Positions 11,801 through 22,766 of a DNA stretch of 49,345 bases are shown here, in pieces. A program made the position numbers and the translations under genes. Below the pieces are notes generated by a model that saw nothing but the letters and a program-made list of their open reading frames with translations, had not been told where the DNA came from and did no database searches. The stretch's first letter is position 1. Each line of letters opens with the position of its first letter. The DNA comes from Catajapyx aquilonaris (Eukaryota): the NCBI GenBank assembly GCA_000934665.2, contig KZ538759.1, forward strand, positions 1-49,345, in the 5' to 3' direction.

Positions 11801-14800
11801 TCAGTGTCGTAATATGCACACTTTCATATTTTTACTATGCTTTTCATGTTTATTAGGTGACTGATGATGTCATGAGTAAGGGTGTGGGCTGATTCAGTAC
11901 TGTCATGCCCCTGCTCAACTCACCATTCACTACTGCACATTTTAAGTTTAAATATTTGGGACAGTGATGACCCTTGAAGAATATTTGACTGCATGAAATA
12001 TGATCCCTACAAGCTCGTTAAAACACTGTGATCTATCATTGATGGGTATATTCAGTGCATTTAAAAAGTTGTAATGAACTTTCTACTTCCATTGTAGGGT
12101 TACATAAGGATAGCCAAATGCCACTTGGCTGGTGGTGACCTGACAGCAGCACGCATGGCTCTGGACACTGCATCCGCAAAGAGTGTCATTGCAACTGGCA
12201 TGATGGGGGGCAACACTGGGTCTAATCCATCCATCACTGTAGAGCGTAATAACTTGCTCCACCTGCACAACCTTGAGGAAGAGACCAGAAAGAGCTGGGA
12301 CCAGGGGGACTACCGAAAAGTGGTGTATCTGATGGGAAGGGCCATTGACTGTGCCCCTTGTTGCACTAGGTACAAGATCCTCAAGGCAGAGTGCCTGGCA
12401 ATTCTGGGGAGAACCAGAGAAGCTCAGGACATTGTCTAGTGAGTCCACTATAATTTTTTAAAAGAGTTTGATGTGCATATTTATTGATTTGTTATCCTAG
12501 TATGAATTCATTTAAATGTGAGTTACGTAATTTATGACTTTTTCCCTTTTGCGCTCAATAGCTACACAATAAGTATATGCCTTAAAATCACATATGTGAT
12601 CTCTTTGACAGGAGTGTCTTTTATTGTCAAATGATTTTAATGTGCATAAGTGAGATTTTCTACAGCAGTGTGATTCGAATATTTTTCCATCTTGAACTTT
12701 GAATCTTGTAACTGAATACAATTAATGATTCATTGCAGTCCCATCCTGCGAGCAGATGATCGTAATGCAGATGCTTTCTATGTGAGAGGACTTTGCTTTT
12801 ATTATGAGGACAACATGGAGAAAGCCAACAGTCATTTTGCAAAGGTGCTGCAGTTGTACCCAGACCATGAGAAAGCAAAGGAAGTGCGAAAGGTAAAAAC
12901 GGGATATTTTGTTATTTTCCTGCTGCTCTACATAAGTTTTCACTTATACAGGGTGGTCGGTAAATGGGGGACAAGCTTCAGGTAGCGAGATTGCTTGTGA
13001 AAAATCAGTATATGGAAGTGAAGGTCATATTGCTCTACGTGGCCTGGTTAGGGCTCACGAGGTCCCCAAAGTTTGGGCCAAATAATGACGTCATATCCGC
13101 CCGCGAAATTCAAACACTACCGTATCGCTACCGTACGCGGCGTGTTGCTAGGCGTTGCCATGTTGACATCCCCCACATGTTCACCAAACAATGGAACCGT
13201 ATAAACTCACCGGGACGTTGCCAGGCATTGCCATACCGTCGTCGCCGAGTTCCTGGCGACGTCCCGGTGAGTTTATACGGTTCCATTGTTTGGTGAACAT
13301 GTGGGGGATGTCAACATGGCAACGCCTAGTAACATGCCGCGTACGGTAGCGATACGGTAGTGTTTGAATTTCGCGGGCGGATATGACGTCATTATTTGGC
13401 CCAAACTTTGGGGACCTCGTGAGCCCTAACCAGGCCACGTAGAACAATATGACCTTCACTTCCATATACTGATTTTTCACAAGCAATCTCGCTACCTGAA
13501 GCTTGTCCGCCATTTACCGACCACCCTGTATAACCATGTTGGGACAGTGGAGGTAACATACCCTTCTATTTACATTGACATGGTAGTAATCCCATGGGTT
13601 TTATGCCCTTGCTCCCCAGACCAGGACCCTTCATCTTAGATAGTGTAGAAATGATATTGATGCAATATTTTGCATGTAATGAGGATGTGAAAATGCCCTC
13701 ATACAATATGGCTGTCAAAAATGCCAAAGATAACAGCAATGTCATCGTTTGATGTGTTTGTGTCTTACAACTGACCGTTAATGAGTTTTGGGTGTGGGTG
13801 GAAGTGAACGAATGGGTCGTAGCCTCGGTCTTAGATTTGGGAAATATGTACACGAATAGCTCAACCATACCTATAATCATGCATTCTACCAGTTTTCAGC
13901 ACCAAAATGTCATACCTCGATAATTTATCGCTGGTTTAAAAGTTACTCAAATTGGGGCATGGCCTAAAAAGTGCATTCCCACTCCTCCCTAACAACACTG
14001 ACGTCAGCAAACCAGCGCACCTCCATTACTTGGCGGTCGTTAGATTTAGTTCGCTTCCCTTGTTAGGGTCACCAACAAAGCAAACAAACAAAGGAACAAA
14101 ATTGCCCCGGTGTGTTCCTGCCTCTGCACCAATATGTTTAGCAACAGTGATGTCGGAGGGCAATACGATACCGTATAATTAATATGAGTTTAGATTGGTC
14201 GTAGCTCGAAAACTAATGCGTATTCAAACAAAAAACACAACATTCATGTAAAAATTAGTGGGGAGGCGGAGTGGTGCTGCGGTAACGTATGCGCCCACGG
14301 ATGTTAAGGTCCCGGGTTCGATCCCAACCCCGGGACACCCCCTTCATCTCATGCAGAGTTCAGGGTCACCTCTGGCTTCGTCTCGGGTGGTATTTCCACA
14401 GACTAAACCACCCGGGGGAGTTCACTACAAATGGCCACGTTTAAGAGCTTGCAAAATGTTGGCTAGGGCCCCATTGACTTGCACACTTGCATTCTTCCAT
14501 CCACACCCACTGGTGCTGCTTGTAGGAATAGAAGGCAGTTTTCCAGTAGTGTATGCACACTGTCATAAAAGGAGGACAGTCATGTGTGCCATGTGTGTTT
14601 GATACATTTTATCTGGATACAACAGCCTCAAATTGACCTCATAAACCTGTGTGCTTGAGTGATACCAAAATACTTGCTACACTGATTCTTCTGTACCCCT
14701 TTTTAAACTTAAGATATGCCTTATTGTTTCAAACGAGTTTGAAATGGTTTAATCAATGAAGGTAACAGGTACTTATCAGAAAACAATTTCCCATCCCTGT

Positions 14801-17800
14801 GTGTATTTTTGAAACTATGGCTTGTAATAATTAATAAGGTACTTATCACACTGATTACAGGTTGCATTATTACTGATGTGATGCCTTCATTTCAGAAAGC
14901 AAAACTTCTCTCTGAGAAAAAGGAAGCTGGCAATGAGGCATTTAAGTCTGGACACCATTCACAGGCCTACGACATGTACACCGAAGCCCTGGCCATTGAT
15001 ACTAACAACAAGTTTATAAATTCAAAGCTGCATTTCAACCGGGCATTGACCTTAGCCAAAGTAAGTACTCATGCTTGAAATAAACTCTGGCAAAAGAATA
15101 TGTGAGACCTTGAAGCGAAGCACTCATTCAAACTGGATGCACAATTTACCTGTCACAAGATAGTTGTTGGATAGGCATATGGAATTGCACTGTCATAAAT
15201 TTGAATGTTCAATAGACAGTATTGATAATTGCTTCATAATTGTGCCTCATGCATGATATGCTACTATTGCACAGAGAGCTATACAGCAACATGAACTGCA
15301 CTTGTAAATAGAGCAGGTTAATTAGACAGTTGGATGATCTTTGTAGATGAATCGAATGAAAGAAGCTGTGGATGACTGCACCCGTGCAATTGAACTGGAT
15401 GGGCACTACATGAAGGCATATCAGAGGCGGGCCAGATGCTACACAGAGCTAGAAGATTATGAGAATGCTGTAAGGGACTGTGAGGCTGTCTACAAGATGG
15501 ACAAAAGCAGAGGTCAGTTCTGAGCGGAAACCGTCAACATAAGCATGTCACTCTTGAGACTTATTTCAATATGCACTTTCAGAGAACAAAAAACAGCTAG
15601 ATGATGCAAACCAGGCCCTTAAACGATCAAAGAGGAAGGACTACTACAAGATTCTGGGTGTAAGCAGGGGTGCCTCTGCAGATGACATTAAGGCAGCCTA
15701 TAGGAATAGAGCCCGAAGCCATCACCCAGGTTTGTATCCGAAGCTTCCATAGGGAAAACCTCGAGAAGACAATTGGCTCGCATGTACACAACTGAAACGT
15801 AGGATGCCTCAACCAATTCATTCATTAGAAATTTTATGACAGCAGTTTGTTATTGAGTATTTACTGTTGCACTGCTGTAAGGACTATCAAAAATGTTAAA
15901 TGCAATGAATTTCTGTAGAACGCAGTTGTGTACCATGTGTTTGCAAATATTGGTATATTGCACAGTGGGCAAAATCGCGAAATTCATGGTCAACGATAAT
16001 TTATGTTTGGATTAGCGGGAATTTAGTGTTTGGGAGTTACTCAAGCACGTGGACGATCGTAGTGACGAAAAAGTCGCTACGTTTACCTTAGTCACTACGA
16101 TCGCCGCGCTCGAGTCGGACACTCACTTCTCTCCTCGTCTTTCAGTGACGTTCTTCCTATTTTAAATTATTGAAACCACCGATAAATTGTTTCACGGAAA
16201 AGAGCAAGGTCCCCAAAAGCCAGTTGCCAAAACTTAAGTCTTTGGGACTCATTTAACCAATTTTTAAAATCGTATCAAATCAGATAACTATAATAGCACA
16301 CCTTCCTAAAGAAATGCTCGTTTCTCGTAGCGCGCAAAAAAGCGCAAGAAAAGCTTTTAGGCACAGAATGTGACATATACCAGTATGGTATTGCACCTCA
16401 AAAACAGACGCGCAAGCGCGCGCACCACTTTGTAGGTCAAAATTTAATGTGACCTACACTTGTTCTTATTCGTATTTTTCATCATTCTCTAACATGAGCA
16501 ATAATGGGCATATCATTTACATGATGATAAAACCATTTATCAACAGTGAAACTACACATTTCCAATTACTCGATGGCGTAAAAATTAGTTATGTTGCTGG
16601 ACATTTCCAATTGGGAAAAAGCAGCACAATCTTAAACAACGGGCAAAGTTGATCAACACACTTCTACTGTCGCGAGAACAAGCCCACTTTGAACCGTACC
16701 CTATGGCTGTCAGGTTCAAATCCAAGCTCCAACAATTGCACCACATGTTGCTCTGGTTATTTTTAGATTAGATCAAAAACTTTCCCTTCAGTAAAAAAAA
16801 GAGAAGTAAGACCTCCGCGGCGGAATGAAAGTACTGAAACAAGGCAGGCGCACGTAAGACCTTCACCAATTGATTTAAGCTGTACCATAGGTCTTACTCA
16901 AGCAATTACCAATTTACTATTCATGAAATCTCCTTTCTGAAAACAAATTTGTGGAATTTCTGTCGTACTACTAGTTACTTCTAACTTAGCAGTACCAGTG
17001 TAGTGCAATGGTACTGCTATGTTAGCAGTAACTACAGACCCATAGTTAAGAGTAATAGTAGTACGACCAAAATTCCACCCATTAATTTTCCATGAGCCAC
17101 TCCATATTAGCGTTTTATGAAATATTAGGAACTTCAATATTAAGCACCTTGAATTTCTATGCGATTGGTGCGAATTATTGCCATGAAACATTCATGCAGA
17201 AACGGCACCCCTTTTAGATGCTGATTTTAACTCTAACGTTTAATTTTTCACATGTAAACGTTAATTGGTGAATTTTAGAGGGTCTTTTTCGATTGGACCA
17301 AGTCTGTTAGAATGGGTTTAGTTTTCCCCCCACTTCTTTCTTTTCATAATAAAATCCTACCTACTGCTCTGAGTAGTTTGCAGCAGTCATTTTACGAGCC
17401 GTTCCAGACCGTACTTGAGAATTGCTTGAGTAAGACCTATGGTACAGCTTAAATCAATTGGTGAAGGTCTTACGTGCGCCTGCCTTGTTTCAGTACTTTC
17501 ATTCCGCCGCGGAGGTCTTACTTCTCTTTTTTTTACTGAAGGGAAAGTTTTTGATCTAATTTCAGTTCTTTTTTGACAGTACACGTAACTTATGCTCTAC
17601 ACTATACAGTCTGCACAATGAATGCATTGGAGACTATTTTCGTCGAGCTTAGAAGTCCCTAAAATTATTTTCACAGAGATAGTCGTAAAAAAACGAAAGT
17701 CGAGTTCTCCCAGCCAATGGTTAGTCTGATTTAATTAGTCTGGCTTAATAGTACAGTTGAATCCGGATAAAACAAACTTCAAGAGACTGCGGAAAAAGTA

Positions 17801-20800
17801 CGTTATAACCGAGGTCTGTTATAGCCGAATCGTCACGCAACGAAAACATAAATTTCTGATTTCAATATGGCTGTACTATGCACTATACTAGACTACATAC
17901 TGATTAATGAAATCTGTCACAGATGCAATATTGATGGCTCACCCGAAAATTATGCAGGACCAAATTATCCGAAATTTCCTTCTGCCTGCCGGTGCCGTCT
18001 CCTTTTTGCAAATTTTATACCTGGAAAACAATACTGTATTTTCCCACTGAGGGTCCAAGAAATGGTCTGTTATACTCGAGGTGAGGTGAAAATGAGTCTG
18101 TTATATCAGGAGTGAAAATACACAGTGCCTAATGGAAGCATGACGGGACAGCCTTTATAACCAAGTCTGTTATAGCCGAGGCTGTTATATCCGGATTCAA
18201 CTGTAAATCTGTAATACGTGCAATGCGTTCACACCAGCGGCAGGGTAACATTTGGCTAATAACAATATGGCGAGGTGGTAAATAAGTATTGACGTTTCTA
18301 GGTGATGGCGCATGAACAAATGAATTAATGACAGAAAAAATAAGAGGTAAAAAATCACAGCTCCAATCCTGTAGTAGTGGGAACTGTGAGATTTTGAACA
18401 TAGATCCGCACCATCCCACTGCACCTTCGGCCTTTTGATGAAGGAACCGAATTCCGAATAGTTATTGAGCAAAAAAATTGAGACGTATTTTTTGGTGGTT
18501 TTAAATTTTTTGCGGCGTTTTGAAGAGGAATTGAGTTGAGCCGTAAATGGTAGGAATGCACTTCACGACGGTGGGCATCTGTGTTCAAAATTTGGAAGCT
18601 CTACCTACAGCAGAACTTGAGTTAGGGCGAATAAAAAAAGCGTAACAACAAGAAGAAGAAGAAGAAGAAGGTGTTGAAGAAATTCATTGTTGAAATCTAT
18701 GCTACGGTCTTACTAAGGGGCTATCGCCCCTTAAATGTGCCTAAGTATGTTTGGACTGGACATTACAAGGTTGCCAAATTGGAAATCTGACCATGAACTT
18801 CGCGATTTTTTCCACTGTGTATTGGTTAAAATTTGTGGAATCTCGTGTCAAGCATTACTTCTGCACCCATCAAATTTTATGGGTGAGAAATGATGATGCA
18901 CTCCCCTATATGCAACCCCCTCTCTCCACCTTCCCTGTTCTCCTCTGGTGCAAGCAAGACCAGTGTGTGTAAATGCTATTTATGCTGGTGTGGATGGTAG
19001 CTAAAATCTGAAACACAAGGTATATCTGAAGGACTAAACTCAATTCTGCTTGTGGCTCTGCCTTGTGTGCACAAATCGAACTATTTTTATAGCTCTTACC
19101 TGTAGGCAGAGGCACAATAATACTTTTGGACTGCACCACCTGATGTTAATAGCATTTGATAATGGTGGCCGAGGTCAAGTTGGAAAATATTTTGGATCTA
19201 CTTCTTTAGGTGGCCAGTATCGTATGACCATGTAGGAATGGGTGTGAGGGACAAGGTCACCACATGGGGGTGTATGATGCTGTTTCATCCTGGGAAAAGG
19301 GAGTCACTATTCCGGGGTTCGAGTCGAGTAATTCCGCACGTGTTTCTAGTGATGTATATATAGATCAAACGTAGATATAGATCAAACTAAATCCTGGGTT
19401 CACTCTCTCTCAGCCCTGCAATTTCAGCAGTCATTAATGTATGCTGGCCTGAGTGCCGAGTTAACCCATTTCCACTGTACCTTTATAATTATGAAACATA
19501 ACATACTACGAGGGTGGTTCAGTAAATAACCTTACGAGTTGATTTACAAATTTGTACTACACATTATGTGAACTATTCTTGCTGTAGGTGGTACGGCCAT
19601 TCGTGTAGTAGGTATGGAGTGTTTCATATCCACCATGTGACACTAGGTAGTCAAGTGACAGCTATTTGAAGATGGCGGCCCCACTGGAGGTGTGCACCAG
19701 AGAAGAGGAGTTGGATTTTGGGTAAGACGAGAGTCGCCATTCTTTGCTGGAATGTTTAGTTCTGGCTGGAAGTGATGCACCCAGCATTCATCGCCAGTCT
19801 CTCTGCAACGCAAAAAGTCTTCTTCCTCCTCCTCGTAAAGTCTGAGAAGCATTGCACACGCATCGACACGCAGTTCCTTCAATTCATGTGGCAATTGCCT
19901 CGGAACCCATCTGGCCGACACTTTTGCTTATCTCAGGTGCTCGTGTATGATGACCTCAATTGACCCAACACTCCCACCATTCACACTGATGCGTTGGTCT
20001 TGACAAATAAGCACATCTGCGGCCTCTACAGTCTCGTCCGTGACATCAGTGTGCGGGCGACCAGATCGTCGGGTGTCCAGCAGACTTGTCAAGCCTCCTG
20101 GGAACTTCCACGCCCATTCATACACCTGCTGTAGTGATATGCAGGCACTACCATACTGTGCCTTCATCCGACGGTGAATGCCTGTGGGTTGCACATCTTC
20201 ACTGGCAAGGAAACCGATGCTCTTCTCTGGTGCACACCTCCAGTGGGGCCGCCATCTTCAAATAGCTGTCACTTGACTACCTAGTGTCACATGGTGGATC
20301 TGAAACACTCCATACCTACTACACGAATGGCCGTACCACCTACAGCAAGAATAGTTCACATAACGTACAGTACAAATTTGTAAATCAACTCGTAAGGTTA
20401 TTTACTGAACCACCCTCGTACAATGATACACTCCATATGAATGTTGGGCTAACAAGAAGATTGTATATTCAGACAAACATGCTGGTGCCACTGATGAAGA
20501 GAAGCGGGAGCAGGAGAAGAAGTTCAAAGAGGTTGGTGAAGCATACCAGATCCTCTCCGATGCAAAGAAGAAATGGCAGTATGACAATGGGCAGGACATG
20601 GAGGATGATGGACATGGTTAGTTATGCAATGATGGTGATACAGATAGAATTTCGGAGTCCTGTAGCATTTTCCCATGAAGTAGTTTTCTTTGTGTAGAAC
20701 AGTACTAAACTAAGAAAAATACTCTTAACAGTCGTGAATTCCTCATACTGCTCATAGTGTATCCGTGAACTTGCATCCTGAATTTTGCGCTCGGAAAGCT

Positions 20801-21111
20801 TTGTAAGTGTCATCAGGTTATATGCTTTTATATCCAGGGTTGTAGTGGAAGTTTGGACATTGCCATGGTCACTTATGGTAGGAGCACCACCTCAGTGCCC
20901 CCTGCCATTTCTGAACCAGTGACAAAGGCAATAGCAGTCTTTGAATAGTAAGCCCACAGGAGGTTTTGAATACAACTCCTAATTTTCCCTGTTTACCTTT
21001 CCAGAGGATTTTTCAAGATTTTTTGCCGCAGACAACATGCATTTCCCACGAGGTCCCCAAGGATTTTCCAACTTTGGCTTCCCTGGTGGATTCACCTTTC
21101 AGTTTGGCTGA
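8878..21111 (+). CDS. DNAJC7: DnaJ homolog subfamily C member 7 (TPR2): TPR repeats plus C-terminal J domain; spliced core CDS
   Basis: Exons 8878-8966, 10601-10722, 12098-12438, 12739-12892, 14896-15060, 15347-15512, 15583-15729, 20473-20616 and 21005-21111 have GT-AG junctions and compatible phases. Translation gives TPR helices ([57 protein letters not shown]), a J domain ([10 protein letters not shown]...HHPDKH...[14 protein letters not shown]) and the family-typical C-terminus GGFTFQFG*. The first exon is uncertain (see 5968-6869). Confidence 0.95.
9572..10181. mobile_element. Harbinger-like MITE interrupted by a SINE
   Basis: The left end GTGTTGCTAAACTCCGTGGCTGCCGCAGCGG matches the reverse-complemented right end GGGCGTTGCTAAACTCATCGGCTGCCGCAGCCG. 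The SINE at 9855-10136 lies inside. Confidence 0.6.
9855..10136 (+). mobile_element. tRNA-derived SINE (Ruka/Nin-like body)
   Basis: A box TGGACTAGTGG, B box GGTTCGAACCC, body GTGCACGCTAAAGATCCCAGAGTGGCCAAATTTTCTGGAG...GACGTTAAGCCCCA, and a 10-bp TSD AGTGCTGACA (9845-9854 and 10137-10146). Confidence 0.85.
10238..10429. mobile_element. Tc1/mariner-type MITE
   Basis: TA|CAGGGTGACTCTAAAGTCAGGATACAT ... ATGTATCATGACTTTAGAGTCACCCTG|TA. Confidence 0.85.
10741..11230. mobile_element. Kolobok-like MITE, copy 2 (same family as 112-619)
   Basis: Shared blocks GCATTAGCAAAA, CACCAAAAAATAG(A/G)ACATGATCTG, AAACATGGCGG, TAAAGGCCA(A/G)ACCTT and CCTCAAAAATGTGCCTA. It starts 18 nt after the DNAJC7 donor at 10723. 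Confidence 0.75.
11360..11974. mobile_element. Degenerate Kolobok-like non-autonomous element
   Basis: TTAA|AGGACCACTGTCCAAAAAATTAAACTTGAAGATGC matches the right end GCACATTTTAAGTTTAAATATTTGGGACAGTGATGACCCT(TGAA) as an imperfect TIR. Confidence 0.55.
12949..13528. mobile_element. Tc1/mariner-type palindromic MITE (580 bp, ~275-bp arms)
   Basis: TA|CAGGGTGGTCGGTAAATGG ... CCATTTACCGACCACCCTG|TA. The near-identical ORFs 12964-13296(+) and 13181-13513(-) reflect the palindrome. Confidence 0.9.
14260..14498 (+). mobile_element. tRNA-derived SINE, third family, copy 1
   Basis: A box TGGTGCTGCGG, B box GGTTCGATCCC and a CTTGCAC-repeat tail. Homologous to 3895-4089. Confidence 0.75.
16767..17560. 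mobile_element. MITE with ~140-bp essentially perfect TIRs, nested in the Transib-like element
   Basis: 16767-~16907 (ATTAGATCAAAAACTTTCCCTTCAG...GGTCTTACTCAAGCAATT) is the reverse complement of ~17420-17560. The motif GTAAGACCT occurs three times per arm. Superfamily unclear. Confidence 0.8.
17754..18203. mobile_element. pogo/Tigger-like (Tc1/mariner) MITE nested in the Transib-like element
   Basis: TA|CAGTTGAATCCGGATA ... TATCCGGATTCAACTG|TA, with repeated subterminal GTTATA(A/G)CCGA motifs. Confidence 0.8.
18340..18733 (+). mobile_element. Possible Helentron-associated (HINE/DINE-1-like) element
   Basis: AAATTTGGAAGCTCTACC core-like segment, then a (GAA)n microsatellite (~18650-18670) and a terminal hairpin TAAGGGGC-TATC-GCCCCTTA (18714-18733). 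The 5' boundary is uncertain. Confidence 0.35.
19509..20418 (-). mobile_element. Mariner element with a decayed transposase and ~200-bp inverted 5'-end duplication
   Basis: TA|CGAGGGTGGTTCAGTAAATAAC ... GTTATTTACTGAACCACCCTCG|TA. Minus-strand fragments read [12 protein letters not shown] / [26 protein letters not shown]...RRSGRP (HTH) / SARWVPRQL...[13 protein letters not shown] (mariner WVPHEL-like motif and first catalytic Asp), broken by frameshifts and stops. Confidence 0.9.
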
Positions 21112-21651
21112 ACATATTGACCAAAAAAATGCAGTGTGTTGCGTTTGGTGTCACCTGAATCCCACAGAATATTATAATATTGATAATAAACACCATTATG
21201 TACTATTTCTATTCAGAGGAAGGGATATGTGAAAGGATATTAGGTTATGCAGGTTTTTCCTCCTTAAATTTATTTATGATGACCCAAATGATGATCTTTT
21301 GCCCCTGTCCAATTACAGTGGGGAGTTAATGTTTGGTTTCTGTCGCTCAAGAGTACACTATTGCAGTTTGTTCCTGTGGTATTAACATTTCAGAAAGCAT
21401 TAACATGGAGTTGATATGATGTATTGTGGTGGATATAATGTGGTATATGAAGGAGAGTGCAGTGGTCATCCCCAAGTTGTGGAGTATTTTGACGTCTGGA
21501 AACTGCTGTTTTCTTTGTTTGAAATGAATGTGCTAGTTGGAGCAATATATATTAAAGTTCAACATTTTAATGTATCTGGAAGGGAAACCATTCCGCCAAA
21601 TCTGATTTGGTGTACAGGAGGGAATTTTTTAACGCCAATAAAATGTAGCTA

Positions 21652-22766
21652 TTAACTTGCTGGTGTTAATCCTTTGAGGTAGTTGCTTCCCAGAAGTTCC
21701 TCAATGGGATCAGCTGGCTCATTTGAGAGGTCATCATACTTCGCCCCAACACTCCACAGAGTCTCAAGGTCAAATTTTTGCCTTGTTTCTTCCTCAAAAA
21801 TGTGCAAAATTATGTTGCCCATGTCCATTGCAATCCACTCGCGGCTGTCTTCCCCCTCGATCTTCGGGATTAAATCCTTTGGGTCCATCTTCATCTTGAA
21901 TACCTTCCTGATGAATTCAGCCATCGACAGCATGTGTCGTGACGACCTCCCTGTGACTATAACAAGGTGATCTGCATACTTCAGCTCTGGTGGGACGGTA
22001 ATGACACAGATGTCGACAGCCTTTTCTACTCTGAGCACGTCAACTAGCTCTCCAACATCAAAGACTCCCATTTCACCTCCTGAAAGACATAGTTGATTAG
22101 AAAGAGTACGCAATACTTTTTAAGTGTGTAACATACTCTCCAAGTGAAGTCCTGCAAATCTGGGAGACTCCTCTGCAATTTGTCTACGTTGCTGAGGAAC
22201 CATGTCTGCAAATTTTTCTTCGTTGACATCCAGGATTATCTCAGCGTCTTCATCTGTGAAAATTTTAAACTTCTCGGCCACTGACCTTGGAAGACGGCTC
22301 TTAGTTTGTCCATCATTTTCACTCCCTGTAAATTGTAAGAAACATTGTTTACATAGGTAAAACGTCATTCACATGATAAAATTATGGACCATGTACCTTG
22401 TTGCACACTTGTAGTTGTGATGTGCTGGACTCTTTGCAACATGGGTGAAGTGTGTCGCAGCACTCCATGTTGGACTACCACTGCTTGTAGAGTCCTCAGG
22501 TGCCTTCCTGCAATGCCACATGCCAGGTAAGTTTAAAAAGTAATCTTCAAAGAGTGCAGAAAATGACAGTTTCGGAATAAATGTCCTTGGAGCATAAGAC
22601 CTGAAGCCTATCATCCCATGCGTTTAATTCTTGAGGCTAACCTAGGTTCCCTGCCTACCCGCGCCACCTTACCTCAATGTATCCGCAATGTTAACAAATC
22701 CTATTCAATAATTAAGGTTTAAAATAAAAACTTGTGCATACCAAACACATGCTTGAAGAGCGCCAT
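21652..22766 (-). CDS. MALSU1: Mitochondrial assembly of ribosomal large subunit protein 1 (RsfS/Iojap family)
   Basis: Minus-strand exons 22766-22742, 22507-22397, 22325-22137 and 22079-21652 join in frame: MALFKHVFGRHLRTLQAVVVQHGVLRHTSPMLQRVQHITTTSVQQ (Arg-rich, acid-free, presequence-like)...LERGEMGVFDVGELVDVLRVEKAVDICVI...YADHLVIVTGRSSRHM...IEGEDSREWIAMDMGNIILHIFEEETRQKFDLETLW (RsfS domain signature). Confidence 0.93.

Larger units (their letters stand above)
15961..18819. mobile_element. Non-autonomous Transib-like (RAG-related superfamily) DNA transposon with nested insertions
   Basis: The left end CACAGTGGGCAAAATCGCGAAATTCATGGTC matches the reverse-complemented right end CACAGTGGAAAAAATCGCGAAGTTCATGGTC. 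The 5-bp TSD TATTG is present at 15956-15960 and 18820-18824. CAC...GTG ends with a 5-bp TSD are characteristic of Transib. No transposase ORF. Confidence 0.8.

Noticed and set aside
12964..13513. Pair of near-identical 110-aa ORFs on opposite strands
   Set aside because: An artefact of the palindromic MITE; no protein similarity recognised.
15961..18819. A true 12/23 RSS pair or a V(D)J-like rearranging locus
   Set aside because: Nonamers are absent at 12/23 spacing, the TIRs are symmetric, a TSD is present and no gene segments flank the heptamers. A transposon is the simpler explanation.
20838..20877. Possible extra DNAJC7 exon between 20616 and 21005
   Set aside because: Joining it in the required phase gives an immediate TAG, while 20616->21005 splices in frame without it.
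22369..22614. 81-aa minus-strand ORF as MALSU1 exon 1
   Set aside because: Its phase at the 22396 donor is incompatible with the next exon. A different frame (22507-22397) plus the 25-nt exon 22766-22742 gives a continuous presequence-like peptide.
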